The notes below the pieces were generated by a model, which made no database searches, was not told where the DNA came from, and was given only the letters and a program-made list of their open reading frames with translations. The position numbers were made by a program, and so were the translations under genes. Shown in pieces: positions 31,680-40,495 of a stretch of 57,021 nt of DNA (within the stretch, counting starts at the first letter, position 1; each line of letters starts with the position of its first letter). The DNA comes from an uncultured Thiotrichales bacterium (GTDB taxonomy: Bacteria; Pseudomonadota; Gammaproteobacteria; UBA4575), in contig CAYPHQ010000001.1 of assembly GCA_964410595.1 (NCBI GenBank), positions 1 to 57,021 of the forward strand. The letters are read 5' to 3'.

Positions 31680-32831
31680 TCATGATCGACGACACCACAA
31701 TGCCGGATCAACGGGATTTCCATTGTCTCGAATCTCAAAATAAAGATTCGGCTCCAGCGTTTCTCCAGAATCCCCGACAATAGCAATCACTTCGCCCTGT
31801 GTCACATGCTCACCATTTTTCTTATACAAGCCCTCTGCATGAGCGTACAAACTCATGTAATTATTACCATGATCGATGATTGTGAGCCATCCATAACGAT
31901 CAAACCAGTCCGCAAACACCACTGTGCCTGAAAAAATAGCGCGTATTTGCGTCCCCGTTTGAGCGGCCACACTTACGCCTGTCCAGTGCATATCGCTACT
32001 TGATGACTTCTGCTGACCAAAACGACTTTTAAAAATGCCTTTGATTGGCCATGCGAGTTTACCCCGATAATCCCCAAAAGCTTGGTTTCCAGACTGTTTT
32101 TCACGCATTAATTGCGCCAACAACTGGGTCAACACACGCTTATCTTCCTGCTCAGACTGAAGCGCTTGGGTGTTTTCATCGATCAACTGAGACAGCGCAT
32201 GTTTCGCACTTTTCTTTTGTTTTCTCGCTTTATTCAACAGCTCATGCTCTCTTTGTTGCTGAGTATATAAACGAGCCTGGCTTTGATGTTGCCCGGCCAA
32301 TTGTTCTCGATTAGTGCGCAATTGCTGATATACCTGCTGTATTTCCTTAATCTGTTTCAGTTGCGCGGCGTGAAGATACTCATATATGACGCTATTACGG
32401 CCAACATTCTGCAAACTCTGTTGATTTAAAATAAACTGCCAGCGACTATGGGAATTGAATTGATATGCTGATACGAGTTGTTGCTTGAGCTGTATGCGTT
32501 GCTTATCGAGACGCTGTTGGATGATCTGACTCTCCGCTTGCAAATTATAGAGTCGCTTTTGCGAGGCTTCTAATTGTTCGGCCGTGGCCTGTAACCGACC
32601 ATGTAATGCACCAATTGCTTTATCTAATTGTTGCGATTCCACCTCTAAATTAGCGTAACTTTCACTATCTTCGCTGATAATGCTCTCTAATGTACTAATA
32701 TTGTCGATCAGCTTCTGTAAGCGCTCGCGCACGTCTTCTGGGCTTTCTGCATTGACCACAGGTAGCATTAACATCATCCCCAAGACTATTAAATGACATC
32801 GCTCATTCCATCCATATCGAAGCATGTGCAT
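31680..32831 (-). CDS. envC: murein hydrolase activator EnvC (coiled coil plus LytM/M23 domain)
   Basis: The track starts at TTG 32858; ATG 32831 gives MHMLRYGW...LPVVNA. A long Q/E/L-rich coiled coil is followed by a C-terminal M23-like domain (GWLTIIDHGNNYMSLYAH). Confidence 0.8.
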   Translation of the reverse strand: MHMLRYGWNERCHLIVLGMMLMLPVVNAESPEDVRERLQKLIDNISTLESIISEDSESYANLEVESQQLDKAIGALHGRLQATAEQLEASQKRLYNLQAESQIIQQRLDKQRIQLKQQLVSAYQFNSHSRWQFILNQQSLQNVGRNSVIYEYLHAAQLKQIKEIQQVYQQLRTNREQLAGQHQSQARLYTQQQREHELLNKARKQKKSAKHALSQLIDENTQALQSEQEDKRVLTQLLAQLMREKQSGNQAFGDYRGKLAWPIKGIFKSRFGQQKSSSSDMHWTGVSVAAQTGTQIRAIFSGTVVFADWFDRYGWLTIIDHGNNYMSLYAHAEGLYKKNGEHVTQGEVIAIVGDSGETLEPNLYFEIRDNGNPVDPALWCRRS

Positions 32832-32975
32832 TTTAAACTTGAAATTAAGGCTATCCAATCGATCAATTCCTGACTATGATTAGTGTATTAATGTTTTATA
32901 ATATTAGTGAAATACTAGTGATACTCTGTGGTGAAACTATAGTATCGTGCTGTAGATGTTTAATGGAATAAAAAA

Positions 32976-33308
32976 ATGACTGAATCCTCATTCGTCCAAC
33001 TCACACATTCTGAACTCATGGCTAGGGAAGAGGACATCGAGAGAGCCTCAAGATCCTTGAAAGCAATGTCGCATCCTCTACGACTCAAGATTCTATGTGT
33101 CTTAGGAGACCGAGAAGTGAGTGTTCAAGAAATTGTAGAATTTGTAGGCACCTCTCAGAGCAATATTTCTCAGCATCTGGCTATCCTGCGTGACAAAGAG
33201 ATTCTCAAGTCTCGCAAAGATGCTAACCGCGTGTATTATAAAGTCGGTGATGATCGCACTCTTAAACTCATAGAAATGATGCAACGAGTATTTTGCTCGA
33301 CTCATTAA
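32976..33308 (+). CDS. ArsR/SmtB-family winged-helix regulator, BigR/SqrR/YgaV-like two-cysteine type
   Basis: 110 aa with an HTH (SVQEIVEFVGTSQSNISQHLAILRDKEIL). The only two Cys are C41 (KILCVL) and C107 (RVFCSTH), and there is no ELCVCDL metal site. Confidence 0.8.
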   Translation: MTESSFVQLTHSELMAREEDIERASRSLKAMSHPLRLKILCVLGDREVSVQEIVEFVGTSQSNISQHLAILRDKEILKSRKDANRVYYKVGDDRTLKLIEMMQRVFCSTH

Positions 33309-33354
33309 AGACATCGCTTATAATGCGACTTTATTTCTTACAACAACCTGAATC

Positions 33355-33780
33355 ATGACCCCTGAATCTGAATTCTTCGCCAACAACATTGTTCTCTTTG
33401 CCGCCCTAGGTATTATTATTGCTCTAATCTTAAGAGTGGAAATCAAACGAGCCACCTCTGGCTTTAAAGCTATCACACCCACTCAAGCGGTCCATTTAAT
33501 TAATCGTGAAGACGCAATCTTAATTGACGTGCGCGAAGACAACGAATTAGGCCAAGGTACTATTCGCAATGCTGTTCACTTATCGCTAAGTGTTCTAAAA
33601 CAACGTATTGAAGAACTCAGAAAACACAGTGAACGACCGATTATTGCCTACTGCCGCTCGGGTAATCGCTCAGCAGAAGCATGCGCGATTCTTCTTAAAC
33701 ATAACTTTGATAATGTCATGTCTTTAAAAGGTGGTTTTGAAGCTTGGAAGATCGCCAATTTACCGGTAACAAAAAAATGA
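33355..33780 (+). CDS. membrane-anchored single-domain rhodanese (YibN-like sulfurtransferase)
   Basis: 141 aa with an N-terminal TM helix (IVLFAALGIIIALIL) and the rhodanese active-site loop CRSGNRS. It occupies the same position as E. coli yibN upstream of grxC-secB-gpsA. Confidence 0.8.
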   Translation: MTPESEFFANNIVLFAALGIIIALILRVEIKRATSGFKAITPTQAVHLINREDAILIDVREDNELGQGTIRNAVHLSLSVLKQRIEELRKHSERPIIAYCRSGNRSAEACAILLKHNFDNVMSLKGGFEAWKIANLPVTKK

Positions 33781-34040
33781 CCAACAATAACCACGAAATA
33801 AAAGTATACAGCGGCAATTTATGTCCATATTGCAATGCAGCAAAAAGACTATTAGATAGTAAAAATGTCAGCTATCAAGAAATTAATGTAGACACTGATC
33901 CATCAGCACGAACCGAGATGGAAGCACTTAGCCAACGTACATCTGTTCCTCAAATTTTCATCAATGGTACCCATGTCGGTGGCTTTGATGACTTAGCTGA
34001 ACTCAATCGCGAAGGTAAGCTCGACCAGATGTTAAGCTAA
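33777..34040 (+). CDS. grxC: glutaredoxin 3
   Basis: ATG 33777 overlaps the rhodanese stop (ATGA). 87 aa with a CPYC active site and TVPQIFI...GG.DD. Confidence 0.9.
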   Translation: MTNNNHEIKVYSGNLCPYCNAAKRLLDSKNVSYQEINVDTDPSARTEMEALSQRTSVPQIFINGTHVGGFDDLAELNREGKLDQMLS

Positions 34041-34059
34041 TAACAACACTACTAAGACG

Positions 34060-34521
34060 ATGGCAGATAACGAGCAAAAGTTTGAAATACAAAAAATCTT
34101 TGTCAAAGATATTTCATTTGAAGCCCCAAATTCACCAGAAATATTCCGTGATAAATGGCAACCTAAAACAGAAGTTCATCTAGCGACCAATGCACGCAAA
34201 CTTGATGAAAACATGTTTGAAGTGATACTCAATATCACCGTGACTGCTAAACAAGATGAAGATCAAGTGGCCTTCCTAGTTGAACTGAAGCAAGCGGGTA
34301 TATTCCTTTTACAAGGTTTTGATGAAGTCCAGTTAGACCAAGTCATTGGTAGTTATTGTCCGCAAACATTATTTCCTTATGCGCGTGAGGCCATATCTGA
34401 TTTTGTTTCCAAGGGCGGATTCCCTCCAATGCTGTTAACCCCTGTGAATTTTGATGCGCTGTACGCCAAACAAAAACAGCGCCAGGAAAACACGGGCCAT
34501 CAACCACAGCAACAACATTAG
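34060..34521 (+). CDS. secB: protein-export chaperone SecB
   Basis: 153 aa (FEIQKIFVKDISFEAPNSP, LFPYAREAISD) with an acidic/Q-rich tail. Confidence 0.95.
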   Translation: MADNEQKFEIQKIFVKDISFEAPNSPEIFRDKWQPKTEVHLATNARKLDENMFEVILNITVTAKQDEDQVAFLVELKQAGIFLLQGFDEVQLDQVIGSYCPQTLFPYAREAISDFVSKGGFPPMLLTPVNFDALYAKQKQRQENTGHQPQQQH

Positions 34522-34525
34522 CCAT

Positions 34526-35539
34526 ATGACTCAACCATCTCAAGTCATAGGCGTTCTCGGCGCAGGGGCTTGGGGATCAGCTTTAGCCATACACCTCGCC
34601 AGATTACATGATGAAATTACCTTATGGGCACGTGACAGCGCTCATTTGCAACAATGCATTAGTTCACGCGAGAATCAACGCTATCTGGAAGGCATACACT
34701 GGCCTGACAATATTAAAGCTCAAGCTGACTTAATCGCACTTATCCAAGCAGCTGATATATTAATCGTTGCGACACCGAGTGCTTGTATCCGCGATATGAT
34801 GCAAACCATTAGCAAACATCGAGGCTCACAGCTACTAGGGATCATTTGGGCTTGCAAAGGACTCGAGCAAGGTACAGGCAAGTTTTTACATGAGGTTGCC
34901 TCTGAAGAGTGTCCTGATGATCTTAACCATGCCATATTATCAGGGCCATCATTTGCTCGTGAAGTTGGCTTAGGCCTACCCACTGCCGTCACAATGGCTG
35001 CCAGCGATTCTGAATTTGCTCATGCGGCTGCTCAATTATTTCATCATCCACTATTTCGCTGTTATACCAGTGAGGATGTTATCGCCGTTGAAATCGGTGG
35101 TGCTTATAAAAATGTGCTTGCTATTGCCGCAGGCATTATTGATGGGCTGGGTTTGGGTGCCAACGCCCGCGCCGCCTTGATTACGCGTGGTATCGCAGAA
35201 ATGACACGCTTAGGGCGTCATTTAAATGCTAATACCGAAACCTTTTCAGGTTTATCTGGTATTGGTGACATTGTTCTGACCTGCACCGAGAACTTATCAC
35301 GTAATCGACGTTTTGGCTTAGGCTTAGGCCAAGGCCAAAGTGTTGAGCAAGTAGAGAAACAAATTGGACAAGTCATTGAGGGTAAATTTGCTGCCCATGA
35401 AATTTTTCATTTAAGTCAAAAACATACTATCGAATTACCGATCTGTGAACAGGTTCATGCGGTTTTATGTGGACGTAAAGATTCACGTCAGGCTGTCGAG
35501 GAGTTACTTGCTCGTGCTATTAAGCATGAATCTGACTAA
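34526..35539 (+). CDS. gpsA: NAD(P)H-dependent glycerol-3-phosphate dehydrogenase
   Basis: The track start 34451 lies inside secB. ATG 34526 gives MTQPSQVIGVLGAGAWGSALA (Rossmann GxGxxG), with full-length GpsA similarity. Confidence 0.95.
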   Translation: MTQPSQVIGVLGAGAWGSALAIHLARLHDEITLWARDSAHLQQCISSRENQRYLEGIHWPDNIKAQADLIALIQAADILIVATPSACIRDMMQTISKHRGSQLLGIIWACKGLEQGTGKFLHEVASEECPDDLNHAILSGPSFAREVGLGLPTAVTMAASDSEFAHAAAQLFHHPLFRCYTSEDVIAVEIGGAYKNVLAIAAGIIDGLGLGANARAALITRGIAEMTRLGRHLNANTETFSGLSGIGDIVLTCTENLSRNRRFGLGLGQGQSVEQVEKQIGQVIEGKFAAHEIFHLSQKHTIELPICEQVHAVLCGRKDSRQAVEELLARAIKHESD

Positions 35540-36004
35540 CTAAAATGCGCCTGTGAAATCATTCTGTCGCCAAGCCTCAAATAAGAAAATGGCGCAGGCA
35601 TTGGATAAGTTGATACTGCGGCTATCAGGTAACATAGGCAGTCTGAGCACTTGATCTGAAGAAAAACTTTCGAGGATGTGTGCTGGTAACCCTCGTGTCT
35701 CAGGACCAAATAAAAAGGCGTCATTGGGTTGGTACTCAATTTTAGCATAAGACTGAGTGCCTTTAGTTGAACAGGCAAAAAGGCGCTTAAATGAAATATT
35801 TTTCAAGCAAGTCGCGTAGTCTTCATGCTCACTGACAAAATTCCAGTCTGTATAGTCTAGCCCCGCGCGACGCATACGTTTATCATCAAGCTCAAAGCCC
35901 AATGGGTGAATCAAATGCAAGTGACAGCCAGTGTTTGCACACAAACGCATAATGTTGCCGGTGTTAGGCGGAATTTCTGGTTCGAACAATATAATATGAA
36001 ACAT
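35540..36004 (-). CDS. trmL: tRNA (cytidine/uridine-2'-O-)-methyltransferase TrmL (SpoU family)
   Basis: ATG at 36004 gives [26 protein letters not shown], which aligns residue-for-residue with E. coli TrmL [26 protein letters not shown]. The track start 36127 is an extension. Confidence 0.9.
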   Translation of the reverse strand: [154 protein letters not shown]

Positions 36005-36941
36005 GACAATCAAGTATAAACAATTAAACAATACGCTGTGTGGTATCCACTTGCAGACACCTTTGGTATTGCTGTCTGGCTGTGTTGGATTCGGACAAGA
36101 ATACACGCGTGTGGTCGGATACTCCAATCAAGAAATTGGAGCCATCTGCCTTAAGGGGACAACGCTAGCACCTCGTCTTGGCAATCCTGCCCACCGTATT
36201 TACGAAACCCCTGCGGGTATGCTTAATGCGATTGGCTTACAAAACCCTGGTGCGCACAAAGTAGTTGACGAATATCTGCCGCGCTTGGATTTTACTGAAA
36301 CTCGCTATATTGCTAATGTCTCTGGTTCAACCGTTGAAGAATACGCTGAGGTCACTCGTGTATTCGATGATTCACCTATTGATGCAATAGAAATTAATAT
36401 CTCCTGCCCAAATGTCAAACAGGGTGGTGTAGCGTTTGGTAACGACCCAGACATGTCAGCACGTGTGGTGGCGGCTTGTCGCGCAGTGACTGACAAACCC
36501 ATTATTACTAAACTCTCACCCAATCAAACCGATATCGCAGATAATGCTCAACGCTGTATTGATGCTGGCACTGACGGCTTTGCCGTCATTAATACGTTAA
36601 TGGGCATGGCGATAGATGTGCATAAACGCAAACCGGTTATCGGTAACAATCAAGGCGGTTTATCAGGCCCAGCGATAAAGCCTATTGCTTTACTTAAAGT
36701 GCACCAAGTGTACCAAGTCTGTAAACAGCATAATATTCCTATTATTGGGCAGGGCGGTGTAAGCAACGGTCAAGATGCTCTTGAGTTTATTATTGCGGGA
36801 GCCAGCGCAGTCGGTATTGGTACCGGCCTATATTATAATCCTTTACTATGCCAAGCTATCAACGAAGAAATCTGTACCTATCTCGCAGATCATCAGCTCT
36901 CTCACATATCTGAATTAGTAGGCAGCTTAGAACTCAATTAA
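36003..36941 (+). CDS. pyrD: dihydroorotate dehydrogenase, class 1 (1B-type catalytic subunit-like)
   Basis: 312 aa. GMLNAIGLQNPG and NISCPNVKQGG (Cys catalytic base) match Bacillus-type PyrD as I recall it. There is no N-terminal membrane helix and no pyrK nearby. Confidence 0.8.
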   Translation: MTIKYKQLNNTLCGIHLQTPLVLLSGCVGFGQEYTRVVGYSNQEIGAICLKGTTLAPRLGNPAHRIYETPAGMLNAIGLQNPGAHKVVDEYLPRLDFTETRYIANVSGSTVEEYAEVTRVFDDSPIDAIEINISCPNVKQGGVAFGNDPDMSARVVAACRAVTDKPIITKLSPNQTDIADNAQRCIDAGTDGFAVINTLMGMAIDVHKRKPVIGNNQGGLSGPAIKPIALLKVHQVYQVCKQHNIPIIGQGGVSNGQDALEFIIAGASAVGIGTGLYYNPLLCQAINEEICTYLADHQLSHISELVGSLELN

Positions 36942-36994
36942 CAATGGTGTGTTTGAACATTCTTCGAATATTTTGTTGACACCCTAATCAAATT

Positions 36995-38419
36995 TTACTC
37001 ATCAGGACGTCCAATACCCTCACTATGTTCATACATTTTGAGTTCTTGAATCTTACGCGTCAGAGTATTTCTACCCCATCCAAGAATCTTAGCCGCTTGT
37101 TGACGCTTGCCTGAAGTTTTTTTCATAACGGTTTCTATCAATACGCGTTCAAATTCAGGGACAGCTTGCTGCAAGATGTCCTGTTCATTATTCCTCAGTT
37201 TTTGTTCTGCCCAACCCACTAACATTGATTGCCATGTATTGACACACACTTCTTGAGTTGCGTTCCCCTTTAAGTCTTGAGGCAAATCTTCCATGTGAAC
37301 AGTTTTACCTGATGCCATAACGGTCAACCAACGACACATATTTTCAAGTTGGCGCACGTTTCCTGACCAAGGCAGACTACTCAAATAATCCATCACATCC
37401 ATGGCTAAGCTTTTCACTTCTACCTCAAGCTCTTTAGCGGCAGAGGCTAAAAAGTGATTCAGTAATAATGGGATATCTTCTCGCCGTTCTCTGAGTGCGG
37501 GGATTTTAATTCTAATTACATTCAATCGGTGCATTAGATCTTCTCTAAAATCACCACGCTCAACTAATGTTTGCAGATCCTGATGTGTGGCAGCAATGAT
37601 TCTTACATCACACTTGATTGGCTCGTGTCCACCGACTCGGTAAAATTCACCATCAGATAACACTCTTAATAAGCGCGTTTGTAAATCAGCTGGCATATCA
37701 CCTATTTCATCAAGAAATAATGTTCCTTCATTCGCTTGCTCAAATCGACCTCGACGCTGGCCTTGTGCCCCAGTAAATGCGCCTTTTTCATGACCAAACA
37801 ATTCTGACTCCAACAAATCTTTTGGAATCGCCGCCATGTTCAAAGCAATGAATGCATGATTACGTCGTGTTGAATGTTTATGTAGTGCATGTGCGACTAA
37901 CTCTTTACCCGTTCCAGTTTCACCGTTAACCAGCACGGTAATACTGGAACGCGATAAGCGACCAATCGCTCTAAATACTTCCTGCATCGCCGCTGATTCA
38001 CCAATAATTTCAGGCACCGCATCTTGAGCCGTGTTGGTCTTTGTTGGCTCATCTTGTGTTACCTGAAATGCACGTTTAGTCAGTTCAACGGCTTCTTCAA
38101 CATCAAATGGTTTTGGCAAATATTCAAATGCACCGCCCTCATAGGCATGCACAGCATTATCTAAGTCTGAGTGTGCAGTCATCACTATGACTGGTAATTC
38201 GGGGTGTTTTGTTTGTACGTTTTCTAAAAATTGAAAACCATCTATACCCGGCATACGCACATCTGTAATGATCACCTGTGGTGTATCATTTTCTAATGCT
38301 TGCATCGCATTACTGGCAGATTCAAATAACTTAACGTCTAACTCTGCTTTTTTTAGTGCTTTTTCAAGCACCCAACGAATCGACTTGTCGTCATCGATAA
38401 CCCACACATTATTATCCAT
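36995..38419 (-). CDS. ntrC: nitrogen regulation response regulator NtrC (sigma54-dependent activator)
   Basis: 474 aa: receiver, AAA+ domain ([29 protein letters not shown]), and a C-terminal Fis-type HTH. Confidence 0.92.
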   Translation of the reverse strand: MDNNVWVIDDDKSIRWVLEKALKKAELDVKLFESASNAMQALENDTPQVIITDVRMPGIDGFQFLENVQTKHPELPVIVMTAHSDLDNAVHAYEGGAFEYLPKPFDVEEAVELTKRAFQVTQDEPTKTNTAQDAVPEIIGESAAMQEVFRAIGRLSRSSITVLVNGETGTGKELVAHALHKHSTRRNHAFIALNMAAIPKDLLESELFGHEKGAFTGAQGQRRGRFEQANEGTLFLDEIGDMPADLQTRLLRVLSDGEFYRVGGHEPIKCDVRIIAATHQDLQTLVERGDFREDLMHRLNVIRIKIPALRERREDIPLLLNHFLASAAKELEVEVKSLAMDVMDYLSSLPWSGNVRQLENMCRWLTVMASGKTVHMEDLPQDLKGNATQEVCVNTWQSMLVGWAEQKLRNNEQDILQQAVPEFERVLIETVMKKTSGKRQQAAKILGWGRNTLTRKIQELKMYEHSEGIGRPDE

Positions 38420-38443
38420 AATTATTCACTCTATTTATTCAAA

Positions 38444-39493
38444 TCATTCAATCGGTAACATCACCCTAAATTCAGTCCTGCCGATTTCTGTATCAAACTC
38501 GATTAAGCCACCATGTTGGTTGATTAACATTTGTGAAATGGCCAATCCCAGCCCTGTGCCATTGGTTTGACCGGAAACCATCGGGAAAAATATTTTTGTC
38601 GCAATGTCGTCACTGATACCCGGGCCATCATCGATGATGCTGATACATGCGACCAACTTGTAAAGATGTCCATTGATGGTGTGTCTCAATAACACTCGTG
38701 TTTTGAATATCAATTCACCTTTATGTTCAATTGCACGTAACGCATTCCCTGCAATATTCATCACAGCTTGCACTAACATATCCCTATCAAAATTTAATAA
38801 TGGTATGCTCGGGTCGTAATCAATTCTAAAATTGACAGCTTCATTGTCTTTAGTTGATAACACTCTATAAACATGATGTAAGACTTCATGAATATTATGC
38901 TTCACTTTATTTGGAACCATATTCGGTCCGAGCATGCGATCTACTAATGTATGTAAACGATCGGCTTCTTTAATAATAATGCCCGTGTATTCTTTTAGTT
39001 CTTTATTTTCTAACTCACCCTCTAATAATTGAGCAGCACCTCGTAATCCACCTAAAGGATTTTTTATTTCATGCGCCATTCCTCTTAACATTGAACGGGT
39101 CGCTTGATGTTCTTTTAATACATGATTTTCTTTAATGATTTTCAGTTGTCGATCTAAACGCACTATTTCTATGAGAATTTTCTCTTCATCCTCGACTAAC
39201 AACGGGCTTACAGTGTAATTCACCGTAACTTCTTTATTGTTAGCCACCTTGAGGATGCACTCATGTTCGGTCCATGCTCGACCTTTGTGAAAGTTCTCCT
39301 GCAACTGCAATGTCATATCTTTATTCTCATTACCAAACAGTGTTGAAATCGGCTCTTTATAAACACGGCGCTGACTGACGCCGAATAACTCCTCCGCCGC
39401 AGGATTAATGCACTCCAGTTCATATGCTTGATTGAGTACAATCACTGCTGTCGCAAGACTGTCGATAATTACTGGATAAAATTTATCATTCAT
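38444..39493 (-). CDS. ntrB: nitrogen regulation sensor histidine kinase NtrB
   Basis: ATG 39493 gives MNDKFYPVIIDSLATAVIVLN (PAS). H-box (AHEIKNPLGG) and G-boxes (DDGPGI, GTGLGLA) are present. The track start 39610 is an extension. Confidence 0.9.
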   Translation of the reverse strand: MNDKFYPVIIDSLATAVIVLNQAYELECINPAAEELFGVSQRRVYKEPISTLFGNENKDMTLQLQENFHKGRAWTEHECILKVANNKEVTVNYTVSPLLVEDEEKILIEIVRLDRQLKIIKENHVLKEHQATRSMLRGMAHEIKNPLGGLRGAAQLLEGELENKELKEYTGIIIKEADRLHTLVDRMLGPNMVPNKVKHNIHEVLHHVYRVLSTKDNEAVNFRIDYDPSIPLLNFDRDMLVQAVMNIAGNALRAIEHKGELIFKTRVLLRHTINGHLYKLVACISIIDDGPGISDDIATKIFFPMVSGQTNGTGLGLAISQMLINQHGGLIEFDTEIGRTEFRVMLPIE

Positions 39494-39616
39494 AATGCAA
39501 TTACCTGCAAGATCTGAACCAATATGGCAACAACCCTTGAATATCAATTCAAACAAGGGCAAATCGCCTTTTTTTTGAAAAATTTGGGCTAGCCGCCCTC
39601 TACCCGTCACACTTTA

Positions 39617-39633
39617 TGCACTAATATAGTGCA
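39617..39633. promoter_or_regulatory. NtrC-binding site upstream of ntrB
   Basis: TGCAC-TAATATA-GTGCA, a perfect TGCAC-N7-GTGCA palindrome about 125 nt upstream of the ntrB ATG. It is the exact reverse complement of the 17-mer at 42034-42050. Confidence 0.55.
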
Positions 39634-39740
39634 AATTTTCTTTACTAGCCACACTTGCCCGCACATAGGGTGTATTCAATAGGGCTCATCTGCCCGAAAT
39701 TGGTCCATTTCACTCATTAACTGAATATGATTCAGCAGAA

Positions 39741-40334
39741 CTATTGTCCTAAACGGTAACGTTGCAGATGAAACTTCTGCGTATTCGACTGGATCAGAGC
39801 ATTACCCTGTGCATCTTCGATGATCACCTGAATCTCATGAGTTCCCCGATCCATATTACGTAATGTGATACGGCGTGCCTGCCCACGTGCTACCTCATGG
39901 TGATTGACAATAAATACAATTTGATCATTAAACTGCTCAACCAGATCAGGAACAATAGCGATATTTAGCAGCACGTTACCTGAGTTATCCCTGATGATCG
40001 AATCATTTGTCGGCGATTCTATTTGCACGGATTGGTATTTTAATACTCGTGCGTGCTTAATATTCTGTTCACTGAATTGACTATGCAGATTGTCACTTTG
40101 GATGATGATCGGTGCAGGCAGTTGTATTTTTTGCGCCCCATGAGTGGGCTGATCGGTAAATCTATGCGTACCATCCTTTTGCTGCCATCTGTAGATCTCT
40201 GCCCATGTCGAGTCAGCATTCATGGTCAAACACACAAAGACCATCACTCTTTGCCCTCGTATCACAGACAAACCACGTAACCAGTTCATTAAATGTGTTT
40301 TTATTTTATTTGTATAACTTAATATGCGCATCAT
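39741..40334 (-). CDS. DUF4124-domain secreted protein
   Basis: EIYRWQQKDGTHRFTDQP matches the DUF4124 pattern (Y.W.D..G..HFSD.P). A signal-peptide-like N-terminus is present. The likely start is ATG 40289 (MNWLRGLSVIRGQRVMVFVCLTMNADSTWA) rather than 40334. Confidence 0.7.
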   Translation of the reverse strand: MMRILSYTNKIKTHLMNWLRGLSVIRGQRVMVFVCLTMNADSTWAEIYRWQQKDGTHRFTDQPTHGAQKIQLPAPIIIQSDNLHSQFSEQNIKHARVLKYQSVQIESPTNDSIIRDNSGNVLLNIAIVPDLVEQFNDQIVFIVNHHEVARGQARRITLRNMDRGTHEIQVIIEDAQGNALIQSNTQKFHLQRYRLGQ

Positions 40335-40386
40335 TCGCTACGCGATGCCCAGCGCCACAAAAACAATGCGCTTCAATGGCAGGCAC
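40306..40386 (-). CDS. candidate 26-aa Cys/His-rich small ORF (MPAIEAHCFCGAGHRVANDAHIKLYK)
   Basis: GTG 40386 is preceded by AAGAGGAG (40392-40399) at 5-nt spacing. The ORF lies between the glnA terminator and the DUF4124 gene. The same frame stays open upstream through a CxxC (YKCLNCDK). Confidence 0.25.
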   Translation of the reverse strand: MPAIEAHCFCGAGHRVANDAHIKLYK

Positions 40387-40443
40387 AGTTTCTCCTCTTG
40401 ATTCAATACCAGAGGTTTTATCGCAATTTAAGCACTTATACAC

Positions 40444-40470
40444 AAAAAACGCCCCTGAACGGGGCGTTTT
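40444..40470. terminator. Rho-independent terminator after glnA (bidirectional shape)
   Basis: AAAAAA-CGCCCC-tgaac-GGGGCG-TTTT. On the minus strand the stem is followed by TTTTTTG. Confidence 0.8.
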
Positions 40471-40495
40471 AAGTACTCGAGTGGTGTTTTTATAT

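Noticed and set aside
31574-31786. 70-aa ORF bridging the envC-ctpA junction
   Set aside because: It overlaps the 3' end of envC in another frame and has no independent signals. The 95-bp spacer is more simply an operon-internal gap.
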